Positions 25,970 to 37,963 of a stretch of 64,000 bases of DNA are shown piece after piece. Positions within the stretch are counted from its first letter, which is position 1. Each line of letters opens with the position of its first letter. A model generated the notes under the pieces. It was not told the origin of the DNA and did not search any database. It saw nothing but the letters and a program-made list of their open reading frames with translations. Origin of the DNA: Marsupella aquatica (lineage: Eukaryota > Plantae > Marchantiophyta); the NCBI GenBank assembly GCA_973895155.1, contig OZ316894.1, forward strand, positions 20,528,451 to 20,592,450, read 5' to 3'. Both the position numbers and the translations under genes were made by a program.

Positions 25970-28255
25970 CGAGCCGACCCAGATTTGGGAAAGTCAAACA
26001 GGGAATCTCTTAGGGGTTCATTCGAAGTTAGCAGACGACTTGAGTTGACTAGGAAAGTAGCAGACATGTATTACACTTCATGACTTGTGGTTCAGTGGCA
26101 TGAGTGTTGCTCTTGTCTTATAGTTGCTAGGCAGATCGCTGAAGTTCAACAAATAATACACTCGAATTCCACTGGGGCCTGATATGGAACCGGTGAGGAG
26201 CAACCGAGAAGAGATGTATGTAACTTGGAGGGAGGGCCAAAGATGCTGCCGGAGCGCGAATGCCGATATGAGTACGCTAGTTAGACCGCCAATTATTCTA
26301 ATATTGACACATTTCGCCGACTGAGACGCCCAAAGTGTATATGATCGATATTCGCTAGAATGTCGAATATCGGCAAATTGTGCTACACTTAATCAACTTG
26401 GCAAGTGAGCCAGACATCAGCAAGATGAGGGACTGTCTGTTCAAACTCAAGATCAGCTTGTATACAGCTCCCGGTCGAGAGAGTGTTGGTGGTAGCTTGA
26501 ATTTTGACAGCTGATGTTCTTTGCGTCAAGGAAACGGTTGGGGGTCCGGGGAAATAGGTCAACGAGCAATAGGATTCACGAAGGCTTCCAGTCATCTGTC
26601 ATTGGACACCTATCTATGCTATTCGTCAAGAAAAGTGTTCCAAGGAAAAAGGATTCAGGATCGGGACGACGGAACCTTGCTTGGTGGGAGCAATTAAATC
26701 ACCGTACATTACTCTGGGGATTAAGTATGACAGGGCCTGTGATGGATCTGTGAAGAGGTGAATCTCAGAAACCCTGTTATAGGTAGCGTGACCTGTTATG
26801 CTAGTTTGAGCAGTGGTGTAACGATGAACGGATTGAAGTTAATTCTACTTCAACCTATCGCTGTTACCTGACGGTCCCCTTGCCATGAATTTGTGGGCAT
26901 CTCGAACGTCATGGATAAGTTGTCTGACGAAATCTCCTGAATTGTTTTGTTCTATGTTTCTCTAAATTGATCGTCCCAAGTTTCGAGGACGGATATTATA
27001 TTAATGTTCTAAAGAAGCGACCTCTCTCTTTGCCTCAAGAATGTACAGAGTGTCTATTCACCTGGCTAGCAGTGCTTTTGCGGGCAGTCAGTAGATGCCT
27101 CATCAGCACTCGGCTCCTTCTGGACAACTTCATCCCTTCTCTCGCGGAAATGGCATCCCGAATTGCTCTACTGGACAGTCTCAAAGAAGCTACTCACTAC
27201 AATTTGTAGAAAATACAATATTACGTCAAGATGATCAACAGCCGTCAGATGTAAATTAAAGATACCCGGTTATTACGGGATCTCATGCAAACTTTGTAGT
27301 GTATAGTGCGGCTGATCTGCAAACGTAGGATTTAGGGGTCTATTGTGATCCATTGATTATTTCAGGGTCTTCCTTCCTCGGACCTTCCCAGGGGAGACTC
27401 GCGTGACTATTTATTGTGGGGCCCGCTGTCTGCTTTGGGATTGAATTCACTTAGTCAGTAAACCTGAATACTTTCTTCACATTCTCGGGATTCATTCTTA
27501 GCAGGTTTTATGAACCTGAATACTTTCTCCACATTGTCGGGATTCATTTTTAACAGGTTTTATGGTTTGCTTCAGGAGATTCTTCTGGCTAATCCACGGG
27601 TCTTGACGTGCAGGATCGCTGGCCATATATGAGACTATTTACATCCATATCCAGCAACAGCGGCTGCTCGAGGATTTCAACAACTGTCCAACTTGGAACC
27701 CGGGGACAACCGGGGGGACAACGAGAGGTACGATCCGTCCTTCTCTGCATGTATACAGGTCTCGACTGTGCAAAAGCACCTCGATCTCTCCTCATATCAG
27801 TAACAGTTTATCATGGGACATCGAGTCTCTTTCCTAGCTACGTGTCTCGGATACGATGTGTCATAGATCACCCGAAAATTCGAACTTAGGATTAGATTCT
27901 GGATTACAAGCATGTCCAGAAGTGGTCCAATCATATAGTGCGCATCCCGTGATAGATGTCATACACGCTGTTGTGCAATAAGTGCAATTTCTGACAAGTA
28001 ACGTTGGCCTGTACGTGATTTAGACTGCTGAGGAGTTGAAGCGTTGAATCGATTGAAACTGGTAAATAGTATCAATGCCACTGATGGTGACACACTCAGG
28101 CTGGACGGCAAGGTTGCTATTATAACCGGAGCAGCTGGTGGGATCGGCACTGAAGTATTGAAGCACTTTGCAGCAAACGGAGCTCAAGTCATACTGGCGG
28201 ATGTCTCAGACGAGATTAGACATACAAAAGCCCAGAAATAGTCTCGAGCTCGCAC
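25970..28255 (+). repeat. Segmental repeat block B, copy 1 (SDR upstream region plus SDR 5' end)
   Basis: Collinear with 41560-43549 plus 48719-48820 (e.g. ACCCAGATTTGGGA, GGCCAAAGATGCTGCCGGAGCGCGAATGCCGATATG, GATCTGTGAAGAGGTGAATCTCAGAAACCCTGTTATAGGTAGCG). Confidence 0.85.
28054..28255 (+). pseudogene. Truncated short-chain dehydrogenase/reductase (SDR110C-like), copy 1
   Basis: RLDGKVAIITGAAGGIGTEVLKHFAANGAQVILADV (Rossmann TGxxxGIG), then a stop at 28239-28241 and loss of similarity. No clear ATG. Confidence 0.85.
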
Positions 28256-29229
28256 TATGTTTTGCCTTCAAGTCGAGTCATTCAAGAATCACGATATTCG
28301 GTCCAAAGTCAGAACATCTTTTCCGCAACATGACCTCTCAATAGTTTAGAAGTAAAAAGATCCAAGCAGTTAGTGACACACCAACGATCATGGGCTTTAC
28401 CCACATCCCAAGTCTAGTGGGCTTTACCCACACGGATTTCAACGATCGTTTCTTGGACACATTTGAAAGTTGTTCATAAACAGAGGACCAATTTTGTGAT
28501 CAAGCCCAAGCCCAAGCGAGTGGGCTACCCTAGTGATCAATTATTTCCTTCAGGTCAAGTCCAATTGTAGTTTTGGGCACCCCACCCATATGTATCATTT
28601 CCTACCATTTCGTCCCAGAGTCGCTGTCTGAGAACATTTCCAGGAATAGCCTGGCAATCTGTGAAACTTAATCTTGACGAAGCCGTCTCTAATGATTGGG
28701 AAGGACAACGCAGTGCTACTGTAGTAGCCAGAACCAGAATTGACTGTTTTAAAACTTTCGGAAATATGAGATGGTCGTTCTGCGGAGATTGAAAATATGT
28801 AGGAAATGGAGAGATTTGGAATGTCATTCTTTTTATAATACAGGAAAAACGGGGACCTATTTGTATCAGTTGAAAGGGCAAGATAGCCAAAGCCAAAGCA
28901 AACTCAACAAAATAACCTGTGCGGATGAGACACTTCCTCTACCAAGGAACCTGACAAACTATTGTATCAGGGGATGCCACCCTAATGTGAATACCACATG
29001 GTTATAAAATTAATACTCTTACGATTTATTTGATACGCGTGTTTGTATAACATTACCCGACAAAGCCAAGTGAAGGCGATTCGTCTTAATTTTTGGTACT
29101 CTTTCTCTCTTCACAATGTTGAATGAAATCAAACATGCATTAGCTGCCTTATTTAAAGAATATTTAATGCATTAAATGATTTTTCGCTTTGTAATTTTCA
29201 GGGATATTTGTGGAAAAGAATGTAGAGTC

Positions 29230-32200
29230 ATGAGTTGCATTGACTCATTATCGAGTTTGTCCTCTTCTTTACTAAAATTAGTGAAAATGCAAACCTCTCA
29301 GGATTTTTAATGTAGCAACTTCCTGTTGCGAGAGCATTATGGACCATGTCCCTCGAAACTGAAGCTAATGTCCTCTTTTTTTCAGGGCTCATGGCCTAGA
29401 GTGCACTTTAACAATTCTGACTCACCATGCCCTTCCACCGTACAACACTTTATTAGAGTCATTAGAAGGAGGCCCACTGACTTATTGATCGATAATTAAG
29501 CAAAAAGCATTTCTTGAACATATTGCAAGATATAAAGATATAAGGATCCCTGAAAGAAAGTACATTAGATTGCATTGTTGTGTTTCCCTCTCCACTGAAC
29601 AACATATCTCAACTCAATGTTAATTTATGTTCTAGAACTTGGACGGAACTCTCCTGTCTTCGGCTGTGAATCCCATTTTTTCTCAACGCTCTCCTGGGGC
29701 TTCCATTCTTTCTTCGCGTACTCTGCCTTGGGCTGTGAATCCCAATTCTTTTGGACGTCCTCCTTGGGCTTCCACTCTTGCTTCTCGTCTGTCTATGGCT
29801 GTGAGTACCCATTTTCCTTCCCGTCCGCTTCGTGCTTCCACTCTTTCTTCTCCTCTTTGTCCTCGTGCTTCCACTCTTTCTTCTCCTCTTTCTCCTCTTT
29901 CTCCTCGTGCTTCCACTCTTTCTTCTCCTCTTTGTCCTCTTTCTCCTCGTGCTTCCACTCTTTCTTGTCCTCTTTCTCCTCGTCTTTCTCCTCGCCATCC
30001 CCATCTTCCTCGCCATCCCCATTTCCCTCCCCGTCCCCATTTCCCTCGCCATCCCCATTTCCCACGCCGTCCCCATTTACCTCGCCATCCCCATTGTTCT
30101 CGCCATCCCCATTGCCCTCGCCATCCCCATTTTCCGCGCCGTCCCCATTTTCCTCGCCATCCCCATTTTCCTCGCCGTCCTCTTCGGGCTCATCGTTCTC
30201 CTCTTTCTCCTCGTGTTTCCACTCTTTCTTCTCCTCTTTGTCGTCGGGTTGATCTTCTCCTAAAATCTTCCGCTGCAGAAACAAGCTGGGATGGACCATA
30301 ATCATTTCTGATATGCTACTGCCATCGCCAATCCCAGTGAAAATTCCAGTTCCAGGTCCAGGTCGAGCAGCTTCACTACAAGTGAAACAGCAAATGCCTA
30401 AGAGGATAACCACTACCCCTGCTGCTGCTGATGGTCGCCCCATTTCGTAATCCTTAGTGTATGTATCGAGCTATCTGGTTGTGTTCACTGAAGCGAACTA
30501 GACCAATCCAACGGAGGCGAAAGCCAGTAGTTTGCTGTGTCCTGCAGCAGCCCAGCAAGACATTTACTTTTGCTTAGTGATAGTCTAGATTGAACTTTGC
30601 AGATCTTACAATTCGATCTTTGCTGGAACGACCGTGAAATCTGAATTCTGAAGATCCTACAATTCCTTTGCTGGATCGATTAGGAGATCACCAAGATCTT
30701 GGACATAGTTTGCTCCAAAGATTATGAGTTCTCAAAGATCTAAGCTGGAATGGTGCTTTCTATGTGTAAAAAGGCACTCTAATAAGAAAGAAAAAAGGAT
30801 CTTTGCTGGATGGACTGAGATCTCAAACATCTTCAAGGACGCTAGATATTTGGACTTCTCTCCCTCATGCGGATAATTATGTAGTTCAGGTTCAAGCGAT
30901 ACATTTTGGAGAGAATGAGAACGAGTCCTTCTCGTCTGGGAATCTTGGTAGGAAGAAATGAATCTCGACGCATGAACTTTCAAACATAGTCTGGAATATT
31001 AGAGAAGATCTGCAATTCTCCGACCATGGACTTCAATACAACGAAAGAGATCTGAGATCGTTATAGGCATGCAGGAATTCCACGTCGGAGCATCCATAAA
31101 TATATTACTGGGCTACACATACCTTACTTAAGCTGCTGCGTTGCACGGACAGTTCAGTGATTGAAGTTCATGCAAATTTCTAGAGCAAAGTGAGCAGTTC
31201 CGAAGAAAATTGGTGTCCGTCCGTCCATCCGCAGGGATCGTTAGCACAGAGAACTTCGGCGGGTGGCAGGGAGTAGAAGAGCTTCTCGTCTGGTTTCAGC
31301 GATCGATTAGGTGCTCTGTCTATGCTGCTGCTTCGTAGAGAGTGCCTGGAGTTTCAGTTCCTCATGATTCTTAATATATAGTGAAATGCCTTGGGAACTG
31401 TCGATAGGAGCACACCCGGCGTCCGCGGTATGTCAGAAATCGTGCTGGTGTGAGGAGACGGTGCCCCTCGTTCTTCTAGGCTTCTGATTCGCCTCATGTG
31501 TGGTTCCAGGAGAATTTAGACCCAACTCGACTGGTATGGGATGCTGATCGATCTTTCTCAGAACAGTCCTGAAAACTGTGTGTGGCTTAAGAAGCTCGAT
31601 CACTTGTGTGCATGTCCTCCTTATTCGTAGCCTTGCCTAATTCAGGGAGACCACCCTCAAGGAATGCAAAGTTTGCGTCCGCGCAAAACAATTCTGTCCT
31701 GTAATGCTGGATTGGGTTTGAAAAGTCAGAGAGAAACTACTGTACTGGTGGGGGATGAGGAGGAAGAGTTGGTGGCTCTGAGATGCACGCAGAGCCAACG
31801 GTGGAGCCAACATCAGTCTGCATGTGATCGAAGCGCTGTTGGGGTGGTTGTGACAGAAGAGGAAGACGGTTGGTGGTCTTGTGGTAGTTTGGATTCTGGG
31901 GACGGAAGTCAACTGAGCTGCTCCATAGTTGTCTGTTACACTACATCTTCGGTGTCGTGCTTCAGTGTTTGCTCTCCTCGATTCTGTCGATCTCCAGTAA
32001 AATCTCGGTGTAGCATAACTAGCTCAAGTTCCTGATTTATCGTCTAAGCGACCAAGCTAGGAAACCGACCACAGTACTGTCTCGAAATACTATCGTCCAT
32101 GCAGTCGTGGGAGAGCCATGCAGGCCAGTTGCGTCGACCAAGATGCCTTTCGTCGATCGCCGGAAGACTGTACAGCTGATTCAAAGAAGACTTTCGGAAT

Positions 32201-32945
32201 TTCTAGCGCACGGTAGAAGACAGTGACAACTTCGGGGAGCTGCATTGATAGATGGACTAGAATGAGAGATTCACGGGTTTGTGTGAGATACGGACTTTGG
32301 GAATTTCAAGATGAGTGTAGAAGACAGGCAATGATAACATCGCGAAATAGCCTTGACAGATGGACTAAGCTAAAACTTTCACGGCTGGTCTTTGTGAGAT
32401 ACGGACTTAGCCAATTTTAAGGTGAGTGTAGAAGACAGTCAACACTTTGAGAGCAAGCACTGATAAATCGATGGACCAAAATGGATGAACAGGCGACATC
32501 ATTTGCTGAAACTGCTCTTTATCAACCTATCCCCCAAAGTTTGAGAATTTATGAATGTCTCCTCTTAACTACTGTAATTTATGTACTGACCTGACCCCCA
32601 TTTTGTATGTAGGTTATTGCGGCCTCATTAGATAGATGTTACTTAACCTTGGTCCTCATGGGTGTACATAAGTCCTCCCGCTGCAATGTGGCAAGGCGCC
32701 ATTGCCTGTGGGCTTAACCCGCTTATCTACCCCTTCCGCGTGTTGCCAGCCGACAAATGCAGCCAAATTGTTTTGCTGCACAGCAAAAACAACAACACCC
32801 CAATGATCATCTTTACTTGGAAACAGGAAATCAGTCTTTTTCCTTCACAAAAGTTAATATGTTTTGCCCTCACAAAGCGATCCTTTTTTCGCCCTGCAGC
32901 AGAGCTTCAGGAGAGGGGAGATCAACAGGTTAATCCGCAGCCAAC
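29230..32945 (-). repeat. Left arm of a ~3.7 kb inverted duplication
   Basis: The reverse complement is collinear with ~34745-38680 across gene, leader intron, promoter and flanks (e.g. GGAGATCAACAGGTTAATC vs GATTAACCTGTTGATC; CTTCTTTACTAAAATTAGT vs ACTAATTTTAGTAAAAGAAG). Confidence 0.9.
29793..30443 (-). CDS. Secreted acidic low-complexity repeat protein, paralog 1 (216 aa; 272 aa if the TAG is read through to 29625)
   Basis: Signal peptide [25 protein letters not shown], pro-region ending RKIL, then GDGE(E/G)N and KKEWKHEEKE repeats. The N-terminus is nearly identical to paralog 2. Confidence 0.85.
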   Translation of the reverse strand: MGRPSAAAGVVVILLGICCFTCSEAARPGPGTGIFTGIGDGSSISEMIMVHPSLFLQRKILGEDQPDDKEEKKEWKHEEKEENDEPEEDGEENGDGEENGDGAENGDGEGNGDGENNGDGEVNGDGVGNGDGEGNGDGEGNGDGEEDGDGEEKDEEKEDKKEWKHEEKEDKEEKKEWKHEEKEEKEEKKEWKHEDKEEKKEWKHEADGKENGYSQP

Positions 32946-33169
32946 GCCAGGCAGCAGGAGCAGAATATCAGTGCACTTCGAAGCAAATAGCGTCCACTTT
33001 ATGTGGCACCTGTAAACTCTTTAAACTGGCTTATGCTTGGAATTTCCCAGTCTTATCGACAGCGTTCATCATCTCCTGTCTGGAATGGGTGAGTCACCCG
33101 CAAATACATCAGACCTTGAGATCAGCAATGACTAGGCTTAATTACTACCTCACATTAGGGGATCTTAAA

Positions 33170-34400
33170 TCACTCATAAGAAAACTCTCAAGGACAAGAT
33201 CCACTAGAAGATTCCTGAAGTTTTGAAGAGAAGGGGTATCTAGTAATTGGGCTATTGCCGCAACCCATATAAATTTGACCACGGCTTTCGACCTTCATAT
33301 TGGCCACGCTCAAGCTTGCCGCGTCGTGTTAGGACCCAAAACGAATGGAGACAGGGAGAGAGAAAATCCCACCCATTTAATTGAAGGTTAGAAAGCTCAT
33401 AGCACCTAGTCTCGTTTGGTTTGAGAGGTTGCCCTTAGGACCTCGGCTTATCCACGTGAATCCTAGTCTACCCATCACCTACGTCGTTCTAGGTCTCCAA
33501 ATAATTTTTCCTCCAAACAGAACTCCAAGCAACGCCAGAGATTCCGGTGACCAAGGTATGTAAATTAGTAACTCTTCATCACCGGAGGACAACTTTGGTG
33601 TCCAGAAAAGACGACACTTCACAAACTTTCCCTGTATAATGTTACATGAGGCCAACAAAATGTACAAATAACACATCCCAGGCTTTGTAAAATTTGAAGC
33701 AGACGAGGCCCCTGATTAATTAACAGGGAACAGAATTTATTCAACATACGTCATGAACAAAATGGAGACAGGTTTGTACCTCGTAGTGAATGAGATCCAA
33801 TGTGTGGGCAGGTTGTCCATCGACAGTCCCCTTACTTAGATTCTCCGTCAATGATCACAATTGCAGATACCATTCTGCTGTTCTACAATCCCAGGTAGAT
33901 GGCTCGACGTAAACTCGGGCCTTTTCTGACAGTGGATGCATGGATGTGTGTATATAACTTGGCCAATGTAACAACGCAACCTGGAGAATGTCATCCTCTG
34001 CATTCATAAATGAATCTGTCTGTTCCAAATTTATTGGCACCGCTCATTGGCTGTGATTAGGTTTCGATTAGAATACCTGGCACAATCTTTATTTGGTCTC
34101 TTGTTTTTTTTCGTTCCTTGGCCTTCATTTGGTCTCTTGCCTTTGACACTTTTGTTCTTTGAAATTGAATGATGCATAGTTGAGGAAGGTGGTTTAAGCT
34201 GGAGCAACCTTATCTCCGAAGCTATTTTGTGCTTCACTCCCTTCCTGATTTTCTTCTAATTTTCAGGGCATTTATGGAGAAGAATGCACATTCTCAAGAC
34301 ATTTATGGAGACTATACATTTTGAAGACATTTACGGAGAAGAACGCACATTCTCAAGACATTTATGGAGACTATACATTTTGAAGACATTTACGGAGAAG
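33170..34400 (+). repeat. Segmental repeat block A, copy 2 (in the spacer of the inverted duplication)
   Basis: Same anchors as copy 1. Ends in ~59-bp tandem units ATTTATGGAGACTATACATTTTGAAGACATTTACGGAGAAGAA (34270-34410). Confidence 0.85.
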
Positions 34401-36360
34401 AATGCAACTTGAATCCACTACTCTTAATAAAGTTAGTTAAAAACAATCTGTGCAAAGAATTTATGTGTATAATTAATAAGGTCCGTCACCAGAACATTAC
34501 TGGCAATAACAGCCCCTCAGAACTTGAACGGCACCTCAGTTTTGGGGGCCTTATGGCACACAATGCCCGGGTTATTTTCCATGACACACTAATAGTATTA
34601 TTCAATATAAGTCCGAACGGAAGGGACATCCTCGACATCTTTTATCACCTTGGCATCGGGCTAGTTAACTATATATTGACTCCATAGACATAACTCAACT
34701 CTGTCCTCATTGCCACCGGGCCTCGTCCTGCCAGTGGCAAGACGCCATTGGGTGCAGATTAACCTGTTGATCTTCCCCGTCCAGAGTCTCCGCTGCAAGG
34801 CAAAACAAGTCTGACTCATTTTGTGAGTGAAAAACATGTTAACTTTTGTTCAGGAAAACAGCGGTATTTCTTGTGTTTCCAAGTAAAAATGTTGTTTCGG
34901 TCTGGTTGGTATTGCGCTGCAACAGATTTCAGCTGCACTTGCATGTTGCCCTGAAACTTTTGACAAAATTTGTCTGACAACACGGGGAAGGGAGAGATAC
35001 CAGGTTAACCCCACAGCCAATGGCACCTTGCCACATGGCAGCGGAGGACCTAGTACTCCAATGAGGACAAAGGTTAGTGAGGCACTACTGATACATACAC
35101 AAAATGGGGGTCAGGTTAATACATAAATCAGTTTGTTAAAAAGCTGTTTCAGCTAATGGCCTCTCCTACAGAATAAAACTGTGAAAGTTCATCCTTAATA
35201 CATAAATCAGTTTGTTAAAAAGCTGTTTCAGCTAATGGCCTCTCCTACATAATAAAGCTGTGAAAGTTCATCCATTTTAGTCCGTCGAGTAATCACTGCT
35301 TTGTCTTAAAGTTATGACTCTAAGCTTGAAATTGCCAAAGTCCATATCACCCGTGAAAGTTTTGGCGTACTCCATCTGTCAAGGCTGTTTCCCGATGTTA
35401 TGATTGCCTGTCTTCTACACAGCTTGAAATTCTCAAAGTCCGTATCTCACACAAACCCATGAATCTCTCATTCTAGTCCAAGGATCAATGCCGCTCCCCG
35501 AAGTCTTTACTGTTTTCAATAGTCAGCTTGAAATTCCCAAAGTCGTCTAAGAAAGCTGTACAGTATTCCGGCGACGAAAGGAATCTTGGTCGACGCAAAA
35601 CGAAGGACCGCATGGCTCTCCCACGACTGCATGGATAGATGGGTCTTTCGAGATGTTGAGTTATCTCCATGCATTCTACAATAGTACTGTAGTCAGTTTC
35701 CTAGCTTGGTCGCTCAGACGATAGATAAGGAACTTGAGGTAGTTGTGCTACACCGTGAGTTTTACTGGAGACAGAATCGAGGAGAAAAAACACTGAAGCA
35801 CGACACCGAAAATGTAGTGTAACAGACAACTGTCGAGTAGCTCAGATGACTTCGGTCTCCAGAATCCAAAACTACCGCAAGACCACCAACCGTCTTGTTC
35901 TTCTGTGACAACCACCCGAACAGCGCTTCACAGACTGATGCTGGCTCGACCGATTGGCTCTACGTGCTCTTGGAGCCACCAACTCTTACTCCTCCTCCTC
36001 CTCCAGTACAGTAGTTTCTCTCTGACTTTTCAAACCCAATCCAGCATCGCAGGACAGGATTGTTTTGGTGTGGCGCAAACTTTGCATTCCTTGAGGATGG
36101 TCTACCTGAATTAGGAGGCCTCACAGAAAGCAAGGCTACAGAAAGAGAGGACATGCACACAAGTGATCAAGCTTAAGCCACACATAGTATTCAGAACCGT
36201 TCTGGGAAAAATCAGCAGCTCTCTTAATTTTCCTGGAACCACACATGAGGCGAATCGGAAGCGTAGACGAGCGAGGGGCACGTTCTCCTCACACCAGCAC
36301 GATTTCTCACATACCTTGGACGCCGGGTGTGCTCCCATCTACAGTTCCGAAGGCGTTGAA

Positions 36361-37219
36361 CTATATATTAAGAATCACGAGGAACCGAAACTCCAAGCAC
36401 TCTGTACGAAGCAGCAGCATAGACGTACAGAGCACCTAATCGATCGCTGAAACCATAGTGTAGAAGCTCTTCTACTCCCTGCCACCCGCCGAAGTTCTCT
36501 CTGGTAACCATCCCTGCGGATGGACGGACGGACACCAATTTTCTTCGGAACAGCCCTCACTTTGCTCGAGAAATTTGCATGAATTTCAATCACTGAACTG
36601 TCCGTGCAACGCAGCTGTAAGGTACGTGTAGCCCAGTAATATATTTATGGATGCTCCGACGTGTAATTTCTGCATGCCTATATATAACGATCTCAGATCT
36701 CTTTCTTTGTATTGAAGTCCATGCATGGTCGGAGAATTGCAAATCTTCTTTAATATTCCAGAATATGTTTGCAAGTTCATGCGTCGAGATTCATTTCTTC
36801 CCACAACGATTCTCAGACGAGAAGAGTTCTCGTTCTCTCCACAATGTATCGCTTGAACGTGAACTATTTAATTATCCGCATGATCGAGGGAGAGAAGTCC
36901 AAATACCTAGCGTCCTTGAACATCTTTCATTGAGATCTCAGAACATCGAGCAAAAATCCTTTTTTTGTTTCTCATTAGAGTGGCTTTTTACACATAGAAA
37001 GCACCATTCCAGCTTAGATCTTTGAGACCTCATAATCTTTGAAGCAAACTATGTCCAAGATCTTGGTGATCTCATAGTCGACGGATCCAGCGAAGGAATT
37101 GTAGGATCTTCAGAATTCAGATTTCACGGTCGTTCCAGCAAAGATCGAATTGTAAGATCTGCAAAGTTCAATCTAGTCTATCACTAAGCAAAAATCGATG
37201 TCTTGCTGGGCTGCTGCAG
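36361..37219 (+). promoter_or_regulatory. Putative TATA box and 5'UTR intron of paralog 2
   Basis: CTATATATTAAG at ~36361, donor AAG|GTACGT at 36622 and acceptor CTGCAG ending 37219. All three have counterparts in the inverted copy (~31375, ~31120, ~30542). Inferred without transcript data. Confidence 0.5.
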
Positions 37220-37318
37220 GACACAGTAAACTACTGGCTTTCGCCTCCGTTGGATTGGTCTAGTTCGCTTCAGTGAACACAACCAGATAGCTCGATACAT
37301 ACACTAAGGATTGCGAAA

Positions 37319-37963
37319 ATGGGCCGACCAGCAGCAGCAGGGTTAGCGGTTATACTCTTAGGCATTTGCTGTTTCACTTGCAGTGAAGCTGCTCGACCTG
37401 GACCTGGAACTGGAATTTTCACTGCGATCGGCGATGGCAGTAGCATATCAGAGATGGTGATGGTCCACCCCAGCTTGTTTCTGCAGCGGAAGATTTTAGG
37501 AGAAGATCAACCCGACGAGAAAGAGGGGGAAAAAGAGTGGAAATCCGAGGACAAAGAGGAGAAAGAGGGGAAGGATGAGGAGGATGAGGGGAAGGATGAT
37601 GAGGGGAAGGATGAGGGGAAGGATGAAGGCAAGGATGAGGGGAAGGATGATGAGGGGAAGGATGAAGGAAAGGATGAGGAGGGGAAGGATGAGGAGGGGA
37701 AGGATGAAGGGAAGGATGATGAGGGGAAGGATGATGAGGGGAAGGATGAAGGCAAGGATGAGGGGAAGGATGAGGGGAAGGATGATGAGGGGAAGGATGA
37801 AGGCAAGGATGAGGGGAAGGATGATGAGGGGAAGGATGAAGGCAAGGATGAGGGCAAGGATGAGGGGAAGGATGATGAGGGGAAGGATGAAGGGAAGGAT
37901 GAGGGGAAGGATGAGGGGAAGCACGAAGAGGACGGGAAGGAAAATGGGTACTCACAGCCATAG
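37319..37963 (+). CDS. Secreted acidic low-complexity repeat protein, paralog 2 (214 aa; 270 aa if the TAG is read through to 38131)
   Basis: Signal peptide [24 protein letters not shown], the same pro-region ending RKIL, then a long (D)DEGK repeat array and the end ENGYSQP. Confidence 0.85.
   Translation: MGRPAAAGLAVILLGICCFTCSEAARPGPGTGIFTAIGDGSSISEMVMVHPSLFLQRKILGEDQPDEKEGEKEWKSEDKEEKEGKDEEDEGKDDEGKDEGKDEGKDEGKDDEGKDEGKDEEGKDEEGKDEGKDDEGKDDEGKDEGKDEGKDEGKDDEGKDEGKDEGKDDEGKDEGKDEGKDEGKDDEGKDEGKDEGKDEGKHEEDGKENGYSQP

Noticed and set aside
29609-30301. Several long overlapping ORFs (Ser/Pro/Phe-, Arg- or Leu-rich) on both strands
   Set aside because: Shadow frames of a purine-rich repeat that lacks stops. 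Only the frame with the signal peptide is supported by paralog conservation.
37948-37963. GT...AG (GTACTCACAGCCATAG) that could splice out the internal stop
   Set aside because: Only 16 nt, far below plant intron size, and its removal would shift the frame.
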